In this document: positions 35,057-39,631 of the stretch, piece after piece
How the letters are laid out: every line of letters begins with the position of its first letter
Position numbering within the stretch: the first letter of the stretch is position 1
Source of the DNA: Promethearchaeota archaeon Loki_b32
GTDB taxonomy: Archaea; Asgardarchaeota; Lokiarchaeia; Sigyniarchaeales; SOKP01
DNA length: 39,631 nt
Direction: 5' to 3'
NCBI GenBank assembly: GCA_005223125.1
Contig: NJBH01000035.1
Coordinates: 1 to 39,631, forward strand
Notes under the pieces: generated by a model
Database searches by the model: none
Told to the model about the DNA's origin: nothing
What the model saw: only the letters and a program-made list of their open reading frames with translations
Program-made: the position numbers and the translations under genes

Positions 35057-37122
35057 TTAAATATCTAATGTTTTAACTTCATCAAAATTACTAATAATGA
35101 ACTTTTTACGGGCTTTTACTTCTTTACCCATTAATTTTGTAAAGATTAAATCATTTTCGAGATAGTTTTCATAAGTTACTTTTTTCAATCTTCTTGATTC
35201 TTTTTTCATTGTAGTATCATATAGTTCATCAGAGTTCATCTCCCCAAGGCCTTTATAGCGCTGAGTTTTGATAGAATCCAGATTCTTTAAATTGTATTTT
35301 TCTTTGATACTTTTAAGTAAGTTCTCTTTCTGATTATCTGAATAAACATATTCTTTTGTTTTTTTATAAGAAACTTTATATAAGGGAGGTACAGCAATAT
35401 ATAAGTGCCCCTCATCTATTATTGGACGTAAATACCTAAAAAAGAAAGTAAGTAATAAGGTTTCGATATGAAATCCATCAATGTCTGCGTCGCACATGAT
35501 TATGACTTTATGATATCGTAGTTTACTTAAATTGAAGTTTTCTTCGGTCTCTTCCCCATTCTCTTCTATTTCACCATTTGTTCCATTCATTTGACTGGAA
35601 TCTTGAAATCCAACTCCCAAAGCTTTTATAATAGCTTGAATTTCGTTGTTTTGTAATACTTTATCTATTCTAGCTTTTTCAACATTGAGAATTTTGCCTC
35701 TAATGGGAAGGATTGCTTGATAAGTTCTATCTCTACCTTGTTTAGCAGGGCCGCCTGCTGAATCACCTTCTACTATAAAAATCTCTACTTTTTCAGGATT
35801 ATTTGATGAACAATCGGCTAGTTTTCCTGGCATCCTAGCACTATCTAATACTGATTTTCTCCGAATTAATAATCTCGCTTTTTGAGCGGCTTCTCTCGCT
35901 ATTTTTGCATTAATAGTTTTTAATACAATCTTTTTAGCGGTCTGTGGATTCTCTTCTAGATATTGAGTTAACCTGTTTGTAACAATTTGGCTTATAATCT
36001 GTCTAATTTCAGGATTACCTAACTTAATTTTTGTCTGACTTTCAAATTGAGGATCAGGAAGTTTAACGGAGAGGACAGCTGATAACCCTTCTCTTGTATC
36101 AGCTCCACTTAAGACGTGTCCTTTATACTTTTTTTCCATATAATTTTCTACATATGAATTAAAAATTCTTGTTAGAGCAGATTTAAATCCAGTGAGATGT
36201 ACTCCGCCTTCAATAGTGTTGATCGTATTTGCATATGTTAAAATATTTGTTTGGTATCCTTGAGTATATTGCATTGAAAGGTCCAGAAAAACATCTGATC
36301 CATCCGCATCTTTACCTGAATCACTTATAAATATGATATCATTATGAAGCGGTTGCCTATCTTTATTCAAATACGAGACAAATTCTTTAATGCCACCCTC
36401 ATAGTGAAATTCTTCCTTTTCATCATTGAATTTATCATTAAGTTCAAACCTAGTATGAGGTGTAAGAAAGGCTAGTTCACGCATTCTATTACTAATGGTA
36501 TAGGCATTAAAAAGAGGTTCATTTGGTATGAATTCAAAAATCTCTTTATCTGGGTAAAAGTGTATCTTAGTATATGACTCCTTTGCGTTAGATTCTACTA
36601 CTGTTGGCTCTGAAGCTTTTTTCCCCTTTGAAAATTTCTGTGTGTAGTTTTTCCCGTCTCGACAAATTTCTACATTCATCCAATCTGTTAAAGCATTAAC
36701 AACTGATAATCCAACACCATGTAAACCACCTGAAATTTTATAACTTTTATTGTCAAACTTACCACCAGAATGTAAATATTCCATAATTACTTCAACAGCA
36801 GGTTTCTTAAATTCTGGGTGTATATCAATTGGAATCCCGCGTCCATTATCGAATACCTGAACTGTGTTATCGTTATAAAGTGTAACTTTTATCTCATCTG
36901 CATAACCTCCCATAGCTTCGTCAACAGAATTATCCAAAACTTCGAAAATAAGGTGGTGAAGCCCTTTCTTCCCTTGATCCCCAATATACATTGCTGGGCG
37001 TCGACGCTAACGACTCAACGCGAATCGCGTATATTATTCAAGATTTACTATAATGAGTTTACGCCTTCGAGCCCTTTTAATACCTGAATATCCTCTGCAT
37101 CATACACATTCCTATCAGCCAT
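35057..37122 (-). CDS. gyrB: DNA gyrase subunit B, split into exon 1 (37122-37060) and exon 2 (37006-35057); 670 aa when joined
   Basis: Exon 1 encodes MADRNVYDAEDIQVLKGLEGV; exon 2 encodes RRRPAMYIG, EVLDNSVDE, GGLHGVG, EGDSA, PIRGK, DADIDG, RYKGLGEM. Confidence 0.95.
37007..37059 (-). other. 53-nt BHB-type intron in the gyrB coding sequence
   Basis: Helix GGCG/CGTT, bulges TA^A and AG^C, inner stem ACTCA/TGAGT, outer stem TCGA/TCGA; removal restores the frame and the conserved motif. Confidence 0.88.
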
Positions 37123-37501
37123 AAGATCCAAACCAAAAATTTTTGTAAAAGCAAATTTATCAAATCTAAAATGAATTTGTGTGATAATTTACAAAATTAC
37201 TAAGTAACTAGTGGTAATGAAAACATTTAAATGTATCTGCACTTTTTTAACGTTCAAAAGACCGACTTCTCTTTAAAAATACACCCAGCGCTAATGTCCT
37301 TTAATTAAAGAGTAATATCAATTGAATTGAGCTAAAGATTAAGAGTTCTCTACATAGAAAGCCCTAATTTTTAACTAAAAAATTTATACATAAAAACAAA
37401 AGATTACTAATTCTCTTGAATCTCCTCAACTAATATAGACAAAATCATTATTGTACTACACTAAACAAGTAGACAAGCAAGAATAGAACAATATGAGTTG
37501 T

Positions 37502-37837
37502 TCAGTAGCTTTCTTTCCTTAATTTTCTCAAAGAAGGTATAACTCCTTTCTTTAAACAATCAGTACAATACCAACACTTATGCCGCGGAATGTAGATTCT
37601 GTCTCCGTCTAACTTAGAGCATACACTACACACTAAAATTGAATCACGATAATTTTGACGGAATTGTTCAAGCTTTCGAAGAAGTGATAGTTGCTCATTT
37701 CCCTCCGCACCTAACCACAGTGCTTTAAGAGCTGCCTCCTGATCATAAAAAGTGTTCATTAGAACTTTCCTTAAATTAAGTCTTACATTTCTAAGTCTCG
37801 AGTCTTTAATTCTAATAATTCTTTGTCTTCTTAGCAT
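37502..37837 (-). CDS. Small basic protein with a putative Zn-binding domain
   Basis: CSVC...WYCTDC; 111 aa; Arg-rich N-terminus. Confidence 0.7.
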   Translation of the reverse strand: MLRRQRIIRIKDSRLRNVRLNLRKVLMNTFYDQEAALKALWLGAEGNEQLSLLRKLEQFRQNYRDSILVCSVCSKLDGDRIYIPRHKCWYCTDCLKKGVIPSLRKLRKESY

Positions 37838-37872
37838 TCTTAATAATAATATAAAAAATTAATAATTTAAAA

Positions 37873-39195
37873 TTATGGATTAGGATTACCAAGGAAATTC
37901 GTAATTTGAACTTGCGAGGAGACTAAACCAAGCTTACTCAGAATGGTATTTGGCAATTTTGGTATTGTATTATATTTTTGAATCCAACTATGTATCATAC
38001 CTCTTATTCCTAATTCAATAGTTCTAGCGGCGACATTTGATCCAAAGACTCTCTCAATAACATCAGGATAAAAATCTAAAAGAAATCTACCCACTCCTTC
38101 TTTCTTTATAAAATTTCGTCTATCTATAACTTCCGCCCATTGTTCCCTCCAAGTATCTGGATAAGAATTCTTATAATAATCTGGACAAGAATCACTGCTC
38201 CAATCAAGCATTTGATCTATTAGCGTATTAATTAATTTAGCATCTAAATTTTCCAAGTAAGGATGCAAACCTTTTAAAACAAGGACAATCCTATTGGGAT
38301 CAATAGATTTTTTATCGTTCTTAAAAATATGATGACGTTCAAACTTGAATCTATCTCTAAGAGAAATTTTGAAGGATATAGAATCAATTTTTTCTAACGA
38401 TCCTATACCAATACCTAAATCCCGAAGTAATAAAGCAATAATATGAAAATCAATCACATCTGGGTTCAACCAATCTTGATTATATTCCTTTTTTGAAGCT
38501 GTGACTTCACGTCTACTCAAATATTCACGAATTGCACTTGAAGCACGACGATAATTTTCTCCTGTAAACTCTTTTCTAAGAGTACCAATTTGGTAAAAAT
38601 TACCCTTAAATTCACCAATTAGACTAGTAAGAGTCCTCCAACTCATAGGACTAGCAGCTCTAGCAAATAAAAATCCAAAATGTCCACCAAGTCGTTCAGC
38701 GAACTCTTTGTGGGATAATGGTCTATTATTCTCTTTTGAAAATGCAATATACAGCTCTGAACACAAGTCATATTCAGGAGCAAAATACGAAGCACTACGA
38801 CGGATATAACTGGATCTAGCATGTATATATTTTCTTTCAAATGGATTACCGAAAATGAATGATTTAACTATCTTTTTGATACTTTCTTTTAATCTTTGTA
38901 CACTAAACTCATTAGCTTCGCTAATACCAAGTTGCCTTAGTTTACTAACAGTAATTTTCTCATTGAGATAAAGTAATTCAAATAATTTATAAAGATTAAT
39001 ATACTCATGCCCAGATGCAGAGAAAACTCCAACTCTACTATTTTTATTATAAAAAATCTTAGTAAGCAAATTTCCGCTAAATCCTCTTCGATTGCCCGTA
39101 TCCTTGTAGCGTGGAAATTCCGACAAAAAGACCTTCTGCAACCAACTCCCTAGGGAGTCTCTGATTGGAGTTCTTGTAGTTGAAACACCAGACAA
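37873..39195 (-). CDS. Hypothetical protein with a possible HNH/His-Me finger nuclease motif
   Basis: 440-aa ORF with TTG start; FERHHIF-x8-PNRIVLV-x3-LH pattern. Confidence 0.55.
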   Translation of the reverse strand: MSGVSTTRTPIRDSLGSWLQKVFLSEFPRYKDTGNRRGFSGNLLTKIFYNKNSRVGVFSASGHEYINLYKLFELLYLNEKITVSKLRQLGISEANEFSVQRLKESIKKIVKSFIFGNPFERKYIHARSSYIRRSASYFAPEYDLCSELYIAFSKENNRPLSHKEFAERLGGHFGFLFARAASPMSWRTLTSLIGEFKGNFYQIGTLRKEFTGENYRRASSAIREYLSRREVTASKKEYNQDWLNPDVIDFHIIALLLRDLGIGIGSLEKIDSISFKISLRDRFKFERHHIFKNDKKSIDPNRIVLVLKGLHPYLENLDAKLINTLIDQMLDWSSDSCPDYYKNSYPDTWREQWAEVIDRRNFIKKEGVGRFLLDFYPDVIERVFGSNVAARTIELGIRGMIHSWIQKYNTIPKLPNTILSKLGLVSSQVQITNFLGNPNP

Positions 39196-39451
39196 TTTTT
39201 TTTTTAATTTTAAGTATTTATTAATAACTTAATAAATCAAAAATCGTAAAAAATACCAATGCTAAGTATTAAAATTATAAGTCAGTTTTTAAATTACAAG
39301 ATGTACTAGATTTTTTAGTTTTTTTTAGTTTTTTATTTATAGGGTATTATCAAACCGAAAAAATCGGCAAATTTTAGAGAGAATTTGCTTAATCATTCGT
39401 TGTAAATACACTAATTTGTTGATACAAGGAAATAAAATTGCGTAACAAAGA

Positions 39452-39487
39452 AAGTCGTAACAAGGTAGCCGCAGGTTCCCCTACGGC
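39452..39487 (+). other. Isolated 16S rRNA 3'-end fragment with helix 45 inverted
   Basis: AAGTCGTAACAAGGTA followed by GCCGCAGGTTCCCCTACGGC, the exact reverse complement of the archaeal h45 sequence GCCGTAGGGGAACCTGCGGC; flanks are not rRNA-like. Confidence 0.85.
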
Positions 39488-39496
39488 GGTTTTTTT
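39468..39496 (+). terminator. Terminator-like hairpin followed by an oligo-T run
   Basis: GCCGCAGG-TTCC-CCTACGGC stem (one C.A mismatch), then GG and T7. Confidence 0.35.
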
Positions 39497-39631
39497 AGAT
39501 AGCACAAATGAAGAATTCGCCTCCCTAAATTGTGTGATTAGAAATAATTTATTTGAAAACAATACCTCTTATGCTTTAATCCTTTCAGCTTTTATGGAAC
39601 AAAGTTTTACTGAGTATCAGAGATTAAGTAT

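Noticed and set aside
35057-36991. GyrB starting at the ATG of MYIG, as in the ORF track
   Set aside because: It omits the conserved N-terminal arm, which is present intact at 37122-37060 and 37006-36992.
37007-37059. Stop-codon readthrough (pyrrolysine) or ribosomal frameshifting as the explanation for split gyrB
   Set aside because: The insert is 53 nt (not a multiple of 3), and each exon frame has its own TAG within it. Recoding would need several events and would add about 17 residues inside a conserved motif, whereas BHB splicing restores the motif exactly.
32570-37122. Inteins in GyrA or GyrB
   Set aside because: Both proteins are normal length, with no intein splicing motifs at the usual sites.
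6616-38840. Short alternative-frame or antisense ORFs in the track (6616, 9001, 10178, 11950, 12268, 15481, 20744, 21443, 22172, 22700, 25023, 27315, 30266, 30796, 32625, 34338, 36818, 38643)
   Set aside because: Each overlaps a better-supported gene or remnant and has no recognisable motif.
39452-39487. A real 16S rRNA gene
   Set aside because: Only 36 nt match, h45 is inverted, the GGATCACCT tail is absent and the flanks are AT-rich.

Overview
AT-rich archaeal window, most likely from an Asgard (Lokiarchaeia-like) genome. That call is an inference from a gelsolin-like protein, a Roadblock/LC7 protein, an actin-related protein, an MglA-like small GTPase, a Vps29-like/GIFT-like pair and a gyrB-gyrA operon. 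The standout feature is gyrB, which is interrupted after codon 21 by a 53-nt frame-breaking insert (37007-37059). The insert's ends fold into a bulge-helix-bulge (BHB) motif, and cutting at the standard positions restores the conserved L-E-G-V/R-R-R-P-A-M-Y-I-G sequence exactly. It is therefore a candidate tRNA-type intron in a protein-coding mRNA. The window also holds two tRNA genes (Thr-GGT, Met-CAT), each with two non-canonical BHB-type introns. Between them is a free-standing LAGLIDADG endonuclease flanked by a duplicated tRNA-Met 5' end. Other notable items: a toxin-antitoxin cassette flanked by a duplicated gyrA 3' end, whose PIN toxin has ACG in place of ATG; a 36-nt piece of the 16S rRNA 3' end with helix 45 inverted, upstream of an HNH-like gene; a putative actin-regulation cluster with pseudo-CHAT and pseudo-PLD proteins; and a type IIG-like R-M gene with a separate paralog of its C-terminal domain. 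All calls come from reading motifs by eye; no database searches were run.
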